Positions 20,614 to 31,090 of a stretch of 64,000 nucleotides of DNA are shown one piece after another. The notes beneath the pieces were generated by a model, which ran no database searches, had not been told where the DNA came from, and worked only from the letters and a program-made list of their open reading frames with translations. Positions within the stretch are counted from its first letter, which is position 1. Every line of letters starts with the position of its first letter. Location: contig CANQYI010000004.1 of NCBI GenBank assembly GCA_947628005.1, forward strand, positions 80,042 through 144,041. The letters run 5' to 3'. Source of the stretch: an uncultured Clostridia bacterium (GTDB lineage Bacteria; Bacillota; Clostridia; TANB77; CAG-465). The translations under genes and the position numbers were made by a program.

Positions 20614-22221
20614 ATGAATATAACTTTTTGTGGGGCATCAAGAACTGTAACTGGATCTTGCCATTTAGTTGAAGCGGCTGGACAAAAATTTTTGATAGAT
20701 TGTGGAATGTTTCAGGGAAAACTTACAGATCAAATGTTAAATTACGAAGATTTTCCCTTTGATATTAATGAGATAGATTTTGTTATTTTAACTCATGCAC
20801 ATATTGACCATAGTGGTAGAATTCCAAAGTTGTATAAGCAAGGGTATCAAGGAAAAATATATTGTACAAATGCAACTAAAGATTTATGTTCTATTATGCT
20901 TGCTGATAGTGGTCATATACAAGAAAAAGAAATAGAATGGGTTAATAGAAAAAGAATGAGAGCTGGTAAAAAGCCAACAGAAGCAATGTATACAGCACAA
21001 GATGGAATAGATTCTATTAAACTTTTTCATGGATTAAATTATGAAGAAGAAGTAAAAATAAATAAAAATTTAAAATTCAGATTATTAGACGCAGGACATA
21101 TGTTAGGCTCAGCTATAGTAGAACTTTATATAACTGAGAACGGTAAAAAAGAAAAAGTTGTATTTACAGGAGACCTTGGAAATGTAAATATGCCGATAAT
21201 AAATGATCCAACTTACATAGAAGATGCAGATCATTTAATTATGGAGTCAACATATGGAGATAGACTACATGGTGAGATAAGTGACCAATCAGCAGAATTT
21301 ATAGATATAATTTTTAACACTATAGAAAGAGGCGGAAATCTAATTATACCATCATTTGCTGTTGGCAGAACTCAAGAACTTTTATATGAACTTAACAAAT
21401 ATTCAAATCTAAAGGGAGTAAAAGAAAAACTAAAAAAGATACCAGTTTATGTTGATAGTCCTCTAGCTATTAATGCTACTAAGATTTTTGAAGAAAATCC
21501 TGAATATTATGATGAGGACGCACTAAGATATTTACTTAAAGGAGATAATCCATTAGATTTTGAAAATCTGCACTTTGCCGTAACTTCAGAGGAATCTAAA
21601 GCATTAAATGAAGACGGAATTCCTAAAATTATAATATCTGCAAGTGGAATGTGTGAAGTAGGAAGAATAAAACACCACTTAAAGCATAATTTATATAGAC
21701 CAGAATCTACAATACTTTTTGTAGGTTTTCAAGCAGAAGGAACACTTGGTAAGAAAATTTTAAGTGGCGAAAGACTTGTAAAAATATTTGGAGAAGAGAT
21801 AGCAGTAAATGCTGAAATAAGGTATTTAGACGCCTTTTCTGGCCACGCTGATAAAAAGGGGTTAATGGATTGGTTAGATAAAATGGTTACTAAACCTAAA
21901 AATATTTTCTTAGTACATGGTGAATATTCAGGACAACTATCATTAAAAGAAGAAATTACAAAAAAATATAATATACCAGTTGCAATTCCAGACTTACTAG
22001 ATGCTTATGATATTTATGGTAATGTTATAGAATCTAGAATACATTATAATTCTGCTAGATTTGATATATTAGAAACATTATCTTTCTTAAAACAAGATGT
22101 AGATGATATGACAAATAGTGTAAAAGCTGAAATTAAAAATAATGTTGAGGCTGATACATTAGCACAAATTAGAGATAAACTTGAAGAAGTAAAAAAAGCG
22201 ATTTCAAATTTAAAAAAATAA
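20614..22221 (+). CDS. MBL-fold beta-CASP RNA-metabolising hydrolase
   Basis: HAHIDHSGRIP motif 2 plus a beta-CASP insertion and a C-terminal RNA-specificity region; its N-terminus is unlike RNase J. Confidence 0.7.
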   Translation: MNITFCGASRTVTGSCHLVEAAGQKFLIDCGMFQGKLTDQMLNYEDFPFDINEIDFVILTHAHIDHSGRIPKLYKQGYQGKIYCTNATKDLCSIMLADSGHIQEKEIEWVNRKRMRAGKKPTEAMYTAQDGIDSIKLFHGLNYEEEVKINKNLKFRLLDAGHMLGSAIVELYITENGKKEKVVFTGDLGNVNMPIINDPTYIEDADHLIMESTYGDRLHGEISDQSAEFIDIIFNTIERGGNLIIPSFAVGRTQELLYELNKYSNLKGVKEKLKKIPVYVDSPLAINATKIFEENPEYYDEDALRYLLKGDNPLDFENLHFAVTSEESKALNEDGIPKIIISASGMCEVGRIKHHLKHNLYRPESTILFVGFQAEGTLGKKILSGERLVKIFGEEIAVNAEIRYLDAFSGHADKKGLMDWLDKMVTKPKNIFLVHGEYSGQLSLKEEITKKYNIPVAIPDLLDAYDIYGNVIESRIHYNSARFDILETLSFLKQDVDDMTNSVKAEIKNNVEADTLAQIRDKLEEVKKAISNLKK

Positions 22222-22258
22222 ATGAAAGGGTAGAATTTTTCTATCCTTTCATTTTTGT
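22222..22258 (+). terminator. Rho-independent terminator
   Basis: atgaaagggtag...ctatcctttcat followed by T5. Confidence 0.7.
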
Positions 22259-22316
22259 ATACAAAAATGAAAATAACAAATACTAATATTAATAATATTA
22301 CAGGAGAAATTATTGT

Positions 22317-23909
22317 ATGAATGATAAGGAAATAAAAAATATAAAAACCTCTGAAGATTTGGTAGAGTTTATAAAGTTAAAAACTTCTAATTCTTCTGAT
22401 ATGTATTTTAGAAAAGTAAATGTTTTAGAAGAAGATATATATATTATATATAATGAATGTACTGCATCAACAGAACTTGTATCTAATTTTGTAATAAGAA
22501 GTTTAGAAGATATATCAAAATCTAATATGACAGATGAAAAGTTAGAAAATATTAAGAATAATTTAGAGGATGAAAAAATAAATAAAGAAAACTTAAGAAT
22601 TAAGAAGAAGGAAAAATTATACAAAGATCTAAATTTGAAATTAAATAAAATTAATGAAGAAGAATTAATAGATAAAATAGAAAAAACTTTATCAATTTGT
22701 AAAGTAAAAAAAATAGATTTAAAGGAAGATAATATATTTTATTATCTGTTTTCTGGATTTACTTTAATAGTACATAATAAAAAAATTTTAGCTGTAGAAA
22801 CAAAAGAAAATCTAGATAGAAGTATACAAGAGCCAATTACAGAAGTAGCAGTAAAAGGTCCAAAAGATGGATTTTTGGAAAATTTTCAAAAAAATGTTGG
22901 ACTTATAAGAAAAAGACTTAAAGATGAACATTTAGTACTAAATGAAAAAAAGATTGGAAGGAGAAGCAAGACAAAAGTAGGACTTCTATATGTTGAAGAT
23001 ATAGCAAAAAAAGAATTTGTAAGATATATAGAAGATAAATTAAAAAATATAGATATAGATGGAATAATAGATAGCAATTATATAGTGGAAATAATAGAAG
23101 ATTCAAACAAATCAGATTTTCCTGTAACAATTAGTACAGAAAGACCAGATGTAGCATCTTTTTATCTGTTACAGGGTAGAGTAGTTATTATTGTTGAAAA
23201 TAGCCCGTTTGCAATAGTTGTTCCAGTATTTATGGAAGATTTTATAAAAAATATAGATGATTATTATCAAAAAGGTAGTAATATTGTTTTAACAAAAATA
23301 ATAAGATATTTAGCTCTATTTATTACTCTTTTTACTCCCGCATTTTATGTTGCACTAACAACTTTTGATCAAGAATCAATTCCTACACAACTCTTAGTAT
23401 CTTTTGTTACTCAGAGGGAGGGCGTGCCATTTCCTGCTTTTTTTGAAGCGACCTTAATGATTATATCATTTGAAATATTAAGAGAAAGTGACTATAGGGT
23501 ACCAAATGTAGCAGGTAATACTTTATCTATAGTAGGAGCTCTAATTTTAGGAGATGCGGCAGTAAGTGCTGGTATAGTATCTCCAATAATGATAATCGTA
23601 GTAGCAATAACTACTATATCTGGATTAATGTTTACAGATATAAATGTAGTTAATGCACTAAGAAAATGGAGACTTATTCATTTATTTTTTGCAAGTATAG
23701 CAGGAATTTTAGGTTTGGGAGTATCTGTGTTAATTTTTACTGTAAAAATGACTTCAATTACAAGTTTTACAAAGCCATATACTTACCCATTTGCACCAGT
23801 TGATTTTACTCAAATAGGTGAAAGAATATTAGCTAGAAAAAATATTGCTGATGATACAAAAAGACAAAAAATACTTACAAATAATCTTACAAAATTTAAT
23901 AAGGAGTAG
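22317..23909 (+). CDS. Spore germination protein, GerA family A subunit
   Basis: Conserved GerAA/GerKA core (FPVTISTERPDVASFYLLQGRVVIIVENSPFAIVVP) with a C-terminal membrane domain. Confidence 0.85.
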   Translation: MNDKEIKNIKTSEDLVEFIKLKTSNSSDMYFRKVNVLEEDIYIIYNECTASTELVSNFVIRSLEDISKSNMTDEKLENIKNNLEDEKINKENLRIKKKEKLYKDLNLKLNKINEEELIDKIEKTLSICKVKKIDLKEDNIFYYLFSGFTLIVHNKKILAVETKENLDRSIQEPITEVAVKGPKDGFLENFQKNVGLIRKRLKDEHLVLNEKKIGRRSKTKVGLLYVEDIAKKEFVRYIEDKLKNIDIDGIIDSNYIVEIIEDSNKSDFPVTISTERPDVASFYLLQGRVVIIVENSPFAIVVPVFMEDFIKNIDDYYQKGSNIVLTKIIRYLALFITLFTPAFYVALTTFDQESIPTQLLVSFVTQREGVPFPAFFEATLMIISFEILRESDYRVPNVAGNTLSIVGALILGDAAVSAGIVSPIMIIVVAITTISGLMFTDINVVNALRKWRLIHLFFASIAGILGLGVSVLIFTVKMTSITSFTKPYTYPFAPVDFTQIGERILARKNIADDTKRQKILTNNLTKFNKE

Positions 23910-23920
23910 ATATTATAAAT

Positions 23921-25105
23921 ATGAAGAACAAAATAATTTTTTTATTAATAGTTGTAGTACTTTTTAATGGACTAAATAATTCTCGTGAATTAAACGATAT
24001 AGCAATAGTGTCATCTATAGCAATTGACTTAGATGAAGAAGATAATTACATTGCATCTGCACAAGTATTAAATACAAAAAAGACAGGAGGACTTTCATCT
24101 GGTGGATCTAGTTCTGATGGAGCAATAATAAATGTTTATAGTAATAAAGCTGAAAGTATACAAGAGGCAATAAGAAATATGGTTGATGAATCGCCAAAAA
24201 AATTATATCTTGCGCATATGAAACTTTTAATTCTATCAGAAAAAGTTGCTAAAAATAATGATATATTAGATACATTAGATTTTTTTATAAGAGATAATGA
24301 AGGGAGCAATAAATTTATACTTGCTATAGCCAAAGATTGTAGTCCTAAAGATTTAATAAGTCAGCTTACTCCAATTCAGACAATGCCATCACAAAATATA
24401 ATTAGCAGTATTACTATTACAAATAAGTATGAGGGTATATCTTCTGATAATAGATTCTCTGATAATTTAAAAATTATGCTTGAAGAAGGTATAGAGCCTG
24501 TATTCGTAAGTTTAAGTTTATCAGGAGATATTGAAGAAGGAAAAAGTGAAGATTCGCTAAAACAAACTAGTCCGGCATCTAATATAAAAATTGATGATTT
24601 AGCCTATTTTAAAAGTGGTAAAATGATTGGCTATCTGAACCAAAATGATAATATGGTTTATAATTTAATGGAAAATAAAATAAATAATGCAATTATAAGA
24701 GTTGGCCAAAATGAAGAAAGAATAGTAGCAGAGATAATAAAATCTTCTTGTAAAATGACACCTAAATTAGAAAATTCCAAACTTTGTGTTGATATTAAGG
24801 TAGATTTGGAGTGCAATATAACAGAAATAGGACAGAGTAAAAATTTAAATAACAAGGAAAATATAAACGATGCAAATGAAAAAATAAAAGATGAAGTAAA
24901 AAAATATATTAGTAAGTATATCTATGACTGTCAACACGTTTATAAATCTGACATAATTGGATTTGGTAATCTATTTTATAAACATTTAAACAAGGAATAC
25001 AAAAAAATTAAAGAAGAATTTGAAAAAAAATATTTTCCCAATATACAAGTAAATATAGATGTTAATAGTAAACTTCCGGATGAAGGAGGAATTAAAAAGA
25101 TATGA
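23921..25105 (+). CDS. Spore germination protein, Ger(x)C lipoprotein subunit
   Basis: Signal/lipobox-like N-terminus and GerxC-family architecture immediately after the A subunit. Confidence 0.75.
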   Translation: MKNKIIFLLIVVVLFNGLNNSRELNDIAIVSSIAIDLDEEDNYIASAQVLNTKKTGGLSSGGSSSDGAIINVYSNKAESIQEAIRNMVDESPKKLYLAHMKLLILSEKVAKNNDILDTLDFFIRDNEGSNKFILAIAKDCSPKDLISQLTPIQTMPSQNIISSITITNKYEGISSDNRFSDNLKIMLEEGIEPVFVSLSLSGDIEEGKSEDSLKQTSPASNIKIDDLAYFKSGKMIGYLNQNDNMVYNLMENKINNAIIRVGQNEERIVAEIIKSSCKMTPKLENSKLCVDIKVDLECNITEIGQSKNLNNKENINDANEKIKDEVKKYISKYIYDCQHVYKSDIIGFGNLFYKHLNKEYKKIKEEFEKKYFPNIQVNIDVNSKLPDEGGIKKI

Positions 25106-26247
25106 TTAACAGTTCTAACGAATCATTAGAAGAAAGTAATCAAAAAATTTATGGTACTGGTATTGCTATGCTTATAGCAAATTTACTTTTTGCACCATTT
25201 TTTGGATTTGGAACGTATATGATATATCAAGAGTCAGCAAATGATTCATATATTGCTGTAATTATAGGAATTATACTTTCAATACTTCCACTTACAATGT
25301 TATTATTTATAAATAAATATAGTGAATCGAAAAGTATAATAGATTTAAATGTAAATTTATTTGGAAAAATTTTTGGAAATGTACTAAATGTAGTATTAAA
25401 TTTAACTTACTTTTTTTGTGCTGTAATAGTATTTTATAATATTAGTAATTTCTTTAGCCTCAATTATTTACAAGACACACAGAAGATATATATAGATATT
25501 TTAATACTTTTAGCTATATCTTATGGAGCAAGTAAAAATTCTGCAGTTATTAGTAGAATGAGTCAAATAATATTTTTTATAAATATTATATTCTTTTTTG
25601 TATGTCAAATAGGTATTTTTAAAGAATATCAAATAGATAGAATATACCCAATTTTGCAAAATGGTATTAATCCGGTTATAAAGAGCAGTTTAAAATATTT
25701 TATATGTTTATCGTTTCCAATATTTTTAGTTACAATAATTCCAAATTATGAAATCCACAAAGATAGTAAAAATAATTTAAAAATATCAATATTTTATTTT
25801 TTGATGCAATTGTGTGTACTTGCAATAGTATTTTCTACAATAATAATTATGGGAGAAAAAACACTTATAATGTTTAGATATCCTGAATATGAGGCATTAA
25901 AGACATTTTCATTATTTGAAATAATAGAAAGAATAGAAGATACATTATCACTCCAATTCTTATTTAGTATGTTTGTATTTATGGTTATGTGTCTGCATTT
26001 CATTATAAGAAGTTTAAAAAAAGTATTTAAAAAGAATCAGAGTGAAAATTTATTTCCATTAATACTTTGCTTTTTAATATTAATAATTTCTAAATATTCA
26101 TTTAAAAATGTTACAGAATCATTTGATAGTATTATACCTTTAATTTTAAGAATAATATTTATTGGAATTTTTATACCTATGCTGATAACTTTTGCAGGAC
26201 TACTTATAAAAAATATAATAAAAAAAGTTTCAATTAAGAAAGCATAA
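25102..26247 (+). CDS. Spore germination protein, Ger(x)B permease-like subunit
   Basis: About 10 TM helices, APC-like; overlaps the C subunit by 4 nt. Confidence 0.75.
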   Translation: MINSSNESLEESNQKIYGTGIAMLIANLLFAPFFGFGTYMIYQESANDSYIAVIIGIILSILPLTMLLFINKYSESKSIIDLNVNLFGKIFGNVLNVVLNLTYFFCAVIVFYNISNFFSLNYLQDTQKIYIDILILLAISYGASKNSAVISRMSQIIFFINIIFFFVCQIGIFKEYQIDRIYPILQNGINPVIKSSLKYFICLSFPIFLVTIIPNYEIHKDSKNNLKISIFYFLMQLCVLAIVFSTIIIMGEKTLIMFRYPEYEALKTFSLFEIIERIEDTLSLQFLFSMFVFMVMCLHFIIRSLKKVFKKNQSENLFPLILCFLILIISKYSFKNVTESFDSIIPLILRIIFIGIFIPMLITFAGLLIKNIIKKVSIKKA

Positions 26248-26351
26248 AAATTTATAGTAAATTAAAAATTGGTATGACTTTTTTCTACATATTTCTTGAC
26301 TTTACTTTTGTGCTAATATATAATTCTAGTATGAAGAGGAGTTGATAAAAT

Positions 26352-27491
26352 TTGCAAAGATTACAACTCGACGAGAACGAAAGTATTTCTAGAAAAGAAT
26401 ATTTAAAGAGAAAGAAAAAACAGGCTAAAAAGATAAAAGAAATAAATAAGTCAAGACTAATAATAGCAATTTGTATGATACTTTTAGGAGTATATGTATT
26501 CTTTCAATTTTTTATATATAGTAGAGCTAATAGTTATAAATATTTAGAAGGCGAAAACGTTGGTAAACAAGCAGTTTATAATATGTACTACGTTACTGAT
26601 GGATATACATACGAACCAAATTATTCATTAAATAGAATTGATTCAAATGGTTTTAATGATACAGTTGTCTATCAAAACGTAGGACTTGTAAACATATATA
26701 CTACTAATGATTATGTATATGGAATAAAATCAAATTCTTTATATAGACTTAATAAAGCTACAAATGAACTTGAACTAGTTGTTGAGAATGGAGTAGATAA
26801 ATATACGGTTTATGAAGAAGAAATATATTTAATTCATGGAGAAAATAGCAGTTTAAAAAGATTTGATCAACAGAGTAAACAATTACAAGAATTAGGAGTT
26901 GATAATGTTTCAGAGATACTAGTTGATAAAGATAATATTTTTTTAGTCCAAGATAAGAAGACAAAAAAGATATTATTAAGGATTGATAAAGATGGACAAA
27001 ATTTGAAAGAAATTGTTACAGATGCAAACGTATCTTATATAATTCAAGATTTGAATCATATATATTATGTAAATAAATCTGATGAAAATAAAATTTACTA
27101 TGTTACAAAAGATGGTGATAAAAACGAGAAATTGTCTGACATTTGCAGTAATTCAGATAGTGGAAAATTAAAAGAAGTCGATGGCTCAAAGTATATGGTA
27201 GTAAATATGGGGTATTTATATTATATAAATGTTAATGAAAATAATAGCTTATGGAAAATTAACTTAGCTACCAAAGAAAACGAAGTTGAGATTTCGGTGC
27301 CAATTGAAATTTTACAAAATTCAGAAGGTACTCTATTTTATAAAATGAAAAATGAAATGGGAGTATATCTATATAATTTGGACACTAAATTTATGTCACA
27401 AGTTACAAAGAGGAAAGTTAAAGAATTTCATGTATCAGAAAAACTAGCAGAAGAAGATGTAAAATATGATAATGATATGGTAAGAAATTAA
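26352..27491 (+). CDS. Membrane-anchored beta-propeller-like protein (DUF5050-like repeats)
   Basis: N-terminal TM then repeated YY(V/I)..D...LY.. blades; TTG start. Confidence 0.45.
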   Translation: MQRLQLDENESISRKEYLKRKKKQAKKIKEINKSRLIIAICMILLGVYVFFQFFIYSRANSYKYLEGENVGKQAVYNMYYVTDGYTYEPNYSLNRIDSNGFNDTVVYQNVGLVNIYTTNDYVYGIKSNSLYRLNKATNELELVVENGVDKYTVYEEEIYLIHGENSSLKRFDQQSKQLQELGVDNVSEILVDKDNIFLVQDKKTKKILLRIDKDGQNLKEIVTDANVSYIIQDLNHIYYVNKSDENKIYYVTKDGDKNEKLSDICSNSDSGKLKEVDGSKYMVVNMGYLYYINVNENNSLWKINLATKENEVEISVPIEILQNSEGTLFYKMKNEMGVYLYNLDTKFMSQVTKRKVKEFHVSEKLAEEDVKYDNDMVRN

Positions 27492-27509
27492 AAAAGAAGG
27501 TGTGGGTAA

Positions 27510-28178
27510 ATGGAAAGAATTAGAGTGATTTATAGTAAATCAAAAAATGCAATATTTTATGATACTAAGGACTTGGTATGTATATTTGAAGAGTCATTAA
27601 AAAGAGCAAATATCAAGTTCAATTATATAAATGATCAACCTGATTTTACATTTGCTTATCCTTTACCTATTGGAATAGAGAGTATCTATGAAATTTTAGA
27701 TATAGTAATTGAGGAAGAAGTACAATCATCTTATTTTATAAAACAGCTAAATAATAATCTCCCAAAAGGAATTACTTGTTTAAATGCAGAGTACATAGAT
27801 TTGAATTCTAAAAGCATAGAAATGAGTATATTTGCTTCTGTATATGTGATAAAATTTTTATATGATGATAAAGATTTTGAAAATAAAACTAATACACAAA
27901 TACAACAAATAAAGGATTACAATATAAAAAAATTTAAAGAATATTTGGACGAAGAACAAATACTGGTATTAAAAAAACAAGATGATAGATTAGAAAGAAT
28001 CGATATTAAAAACAACATTAAAGATTATAATATATTACTAGATGGTGGCATAGAAATTACTGTTGACACTGGTGCAAGGTCAAATATGCAAATCAATGAT
28101 TTAATGGTAGGATTTAAAGAGTACGTTGGAAAAACAATACCGTATACAATAAGAAGGACAAAAATATTGTATAAATAA
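27510..28178 (+). CDS. DUF2344 (TIGR03936 radical-SAM-linked) family protein
   Basis: N-terminal pattern IRVIYSKSKNAIFYDTKDLVCIFEESLKRANIKF...DQPDFTFAYPLPIGIES matches the DUF2344 signature. Confidence 0.5.
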   Translation: MERIRVIYSKSKNAIFYDTKDLVCIFEESLKRANIKFNYINDQPDFTFAYPLPIGIESIYEILDIVIEEEVQSSYFIKQLNNNLPKGITCLNAEYIDLNSKSIEMSIFASVYVIKFLYDDKDFENKTNTQIQQIKDYNIKKFKEYLDEEQILVLKKQDDRLERIDIKNNIKDYNILLDGGIEITVDTGARSNMQINDLMVGFKEYVGKTIPYTIRRTKILYK

Positions 28179-28276
28179 TAATTATAAAAAAATAAGGAAT
28201 TATTGTAAACAAACTATTGACATTATTTTTAGATTGTGTGATAATATAATTACAGGTATGGAAGGCGGTGTACAAT

Positions 28277-28531
28277 ATGCAAATTACAGATGTAAGAGTT
28301 AGAAAAGTAACTTCTCAAAATAGAATGAAAGCTATTGCCTCTATAACTATTGATGATGTATTTGTAATACATGACATAAAGGTTATTGAAAGCGATAAAG
28401 GTTTATTCATTGCTATGCCTAGTAGAAAAACTCCTAACGGAGAATTTAAAGATATAGCACATCCTATAAACACTGAAACAAGAGAAATGTTACAAAAAAC
28501 AATTATTGAAAAGTACAATGAGGCTGAGTAA
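28277..28531 (+). CDS. spoVG: Septation/sporulation regulator SpoVG
   Basis: [11 protein letters not shown]...[55 protein letters not shown] is canonical SpoVG; GGAAGG RBS 12 nt before the ATG at 28277. Confidence 0.95.
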   Translation: MQITDVRVRKVTSQNRMKAIASITIDDVFVIHDIKVIESDKGLFIAMPSRKTPNGEFKDIAHPINTETREMLQKTIIEKYNEAE

Positions 28532-28611
28532 ATAATATTTTAATGATGAATAAAAGAGGGCTCTATTATATTTTGAGTCCTCTATTTTATATAAATTTGA
28601 GGTATTTTATA

Positions 28612-30228
28612 ATGCAAGATATAGCAAAAATAAAAAAAATTATATCAAATATTCCATTTGAACCAGGAATATACATGATGAAGGATGAAAATGGTAAAAT
28701 TATATATGTTGGAAAGGCAATTTCTCTAAGAAAGAGGGTAAGGCAGTACTTTCAAAAAAATAATAAATCTGCACGTATTGCAAAAATGGTTACATTGGTA
28801 GATGACATTTCGTACATTGTAACTAAAAATGAAGTAGAAGCGTTAGTACTCGAATGTAATTATATAAAAGAAAATAGACCTAAATTTAATGTAATGCTAA
28901 AAGATGATAAAAGTTACCCATATATAAAAATTACTATAAAAGATAAATACCCTACTATATTTATTACTAGAAAAAAGTTAGAAGATGGCAATTTGTATTT
29001 TGGACCATATACTAACGTTACAGCAATAAGAAATGTGTTAAGTACTTTGAAAAGAATATTCCCAATAAAAAGGTGTAAACTAAATTTAGAAAAATCAAAA
29101 AATCAAAATGGATGTTTATATTATCATATAGGTCGTTGTCTAGGCCCATGTATGGGAAATATTAATCTTGATGAATACAAAAAAATGATAAATCAGGTAG
29201 TTTTATTTTTACAAGGTAAAACAAAACAAATAGAAGATGATATAAAAAATCAAATAGATACATGTATTAATAATCTAGATTTTGAAAGAGCAAGTGAATT
29301 AAAGCAGAGATTAGATGAAATAAATGTAGTTAGTTTAAAACAAAATGTTGATAACTTAACAGAGGTGTCAACTGATATATTTGGTTATGTAAAAAATTTA
29401 GATACTATTTACATCCAAATATTTAAGATAAGAAATCATAGGGTATCTTTGCACGATAATATGCAAATAAATGATATAGAGAATGAAAATATTGATGAAT
29501 TATTGACTCAAATGGTTGCATCATACTACATTAATAATGAAGATATTCCAAAAAAAGTGTATATAAAATTATCTGATAAAAATGTAGAAATTTTAAAAGG
29601 TCTTTTTGATACAAAAAAAATAAAAATTCAGATTTTTTCTCCTAAAAAAGGTGAAAAAATGAATTTAATAAAAATGGTAGAAAATAATATAACTATAAAT
29701 CTAGCAGATAAAAAAGAAACTGCAATAGATGAGTTATCTGAATTACTTAAGTTTAAGGAGCCAATTGATTCTATAGAGTGTTATGATATTTCTAATCTTA
29801 GAAATGATTTTATTGTAGGCTGTATGATACGTTTTGAAAATAAAAAATTAAATAAAAAGATGTATAGAAAATTTAGAATAAAATCAACTCTTACACAAGA
29901 TGATCCAAAATGTATGTATGAGGTTATAACAAGAAGAATGAATCACAGCAAGGATTGGCCACTTCCAGATGTTATTTTAATAGATGGTGGAAAGACACAA
30001 CTTACAATGGTAAAAAAAGCATTAGAAAATGTAGGATACGATGATTGTAATGTATTTGGAATGGTAAAAAATGATAAACATAGAACACGTGGATTAATTG
30101 ATATTTATGGAAATGAATATAAAATTGATGATAATAAAAAGATATTAAATTTTTTAACTTTCTTGCAAGATGAAGTACATAGATTTACAATAACTTATCA
30201 CAGAAAATTGAGAGATAAAATAAATTAA
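28612..30228 (+). CDS. uvrC: UvrC-like excinuclease (GIY-YIG + Cys cluster + UVR + RNase-H-like endonuclease domains) lacking the C-terminal HhH2 domain
   Basis: GIYMMKDENGKIIYVGKAISLRKRV (GIY-YIG), CLYYHIGRCLGPC, the UVR motif DFERASELKQRLDEI, and the endonuclease domain ECYDISNL...DEVHRFTITYHRKLR. The protein ends right after the FHRxxR motif where canonical UvrC continues for ~60 aa of HhH. Confidence 0.65.
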   Translation: MQDIAKIKKIISNIPFEPGIYMMKDENGKIIYVGKAISLRKRVRQYFQKNNKSARIAKMVTLVDDISYIVTKNEVEALVLECNYIKENRPKFNVMLKDDKSYPYIKITIKDKYPTIFITRKKLEDGNLYFGPYTNVTAIRNVLSTLKRIFPIKRCKLNLEKSKNQNGCLYYHIGRCLGPCMGNINLDEYKKMINQVVLFLQGKTKQIEDDIKNQIDTCINNLDFERASELKQRLDEINVVSLKQNVDNLTEVSTDIFGYVKNLDTIYIQIFKIRNHRVSLHDNMQINDIENENIDELLTQMVASYYINNEDIPKKVYIKLSDKNVEILKGLFDTKKIKIQIFSPKKGEKMNLIKMVENNITINLADKKETAIDELSELLKFKEPIDSIECYDISNLRNDFIVGCMIRFENKKLNKKMYRKFRIKSTLTQDDPKCMYEVITRRMNHSKDWPLPDVILIDGGKTQLTMVKKALENVGYDDCNVFGMVKNDKHRTRGLIDIYGNEYKIDDNKKILNFLTFLQDEVHRFTITYHRKLRDKIN

Positions 30229-30236
30229 AAAATATA

Positions 30237-30265
30237 AGTCAACATAATTTGTTGACTTTTTTTCA
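30237..30265 (+). terminator. Rho-independent terminator
   Basis: agtcaac-loop-gttgact followed by T7. Confidence 0.6.
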
Positions 30266-30337
30266 AAAAATGGTATAATGTATATGCGTGTAACACATAA
30301 AATTTTAATTTAATAATTTAATTGGAGGAATGTTTAT

Positions 30338-30955
30338 ATGTCAAAGATGAATTTACCAAATCGGTTAACCTGTCTTAGAATAATTCTAGTACCATTTTTT
30401 ATATTTTTCATGGCTCTGCCAGAAAGTATGAATTGGACAAAGTATGTAGCACTCATAATTTATATTTTGGCTTCAATAACGGATGCCTTGGATGGTCATA
30501 TAGCAAGAAGTAGAGATATGATAACAAATTTTGGAAAAATAATGGATCCACTTGCCGATAAACTTTTGGTATCTTCAGGCTTTGTAATGTTAACAGCTCT
30601 CGGAGTAATACCTGGGTTTATAACTGCTATAATATTATTTAGAGATCTTACAGTTTCTTCACTTAGAATGTTTGCTGTAAATAAAAAACATGATGTTGCA
30701 GCTTCGTGGTCAGGAAAAGTAAAAACAGTATTTCAACTTATAGGAATATGTATTGCTATATTTTTAACAGCATATTCTGAAGAAAACTCAGCTATGTTTG
30801 GATTTTTAAATGTGCCCATAAGTAAAATATTTGAAATATATTCAATTTTAAATTTTATTATGACTATTTGCATTTTAATAGCACTAATTACTACAATATG
30901 GTCATTAATTGATTATTTTAAAAGGTTTAAAGCAGATATAAATGTACAAGAATAA
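30338..30955 (+). CDS. pgsA: CDP-diacylglycerol--glycerol-3-phosphate 3-phosphatidyltransferase, copy 1
   Basis: NLPNRLTCLRIILVPFF...DALDGHIAR...GKIMDPLADKLLV CDP-alcohol phosphatidyltransferase motif. Confidence 0.85.
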   Translation: MSKMNLPNRLTCLRIILVPFFIFFMALPESMNWTKYVALIIYILASITDALDGHIARSRDMITNFGKIMDPLADKLLVSSGFVMLTALGVIPGFITAIILFRDLTVSSLRMFAVNKKHDVAASWSGKVKTVFQLIGICIAIFLTAYSEENSAMFGFLNVPISKIFEIYSILNFIMTICILIALITTIWSLIDYFKRFKADINVQE

Positions 30956-30964
30956 TATAAAAAT

Positions 30965-30998
30965 AGAAGGCCAATTTTTGACCTTCTATTTATTTTTT
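30965..30998 (+). terminator. Rho-independent terminator after pgsA copy 1
   Basis: agaagg-loop-ccttct followed by a T-run. Confidence 0.5.
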
Positions 30999-31008
30999 AA
31001 TATTTTAC

Positions 31009-31037
31009 TTGACATAAAACAAAAAAAGTGTTATAAT
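31009..31037 (+). promoter_or_regulatory. Perfect consensus sigma-A promoter (TTGACA-17-TGnTATAAT) driving the GC-rich ORF
   Basis: ttgaca at 31009-31014, 17-nt spacer, tataat at 31032-31037 with an upstream TG. Confidence 0.6.
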
Positions 31038-31090
31038 AATTGCGTAGGAAAAAACGATATCCTTGAAAATTTTAAAGGAGGAAAAAAAAT

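Noticed and set aside
22310-22624. 104-aa minus-strand ORF overlapping the gerA-family A subunit 5' end as a possible divergent regulator
   Set aside because: Low-complexity F/S/I-rich translation, no RBS, and it is antisense to the start of a conserved gene.
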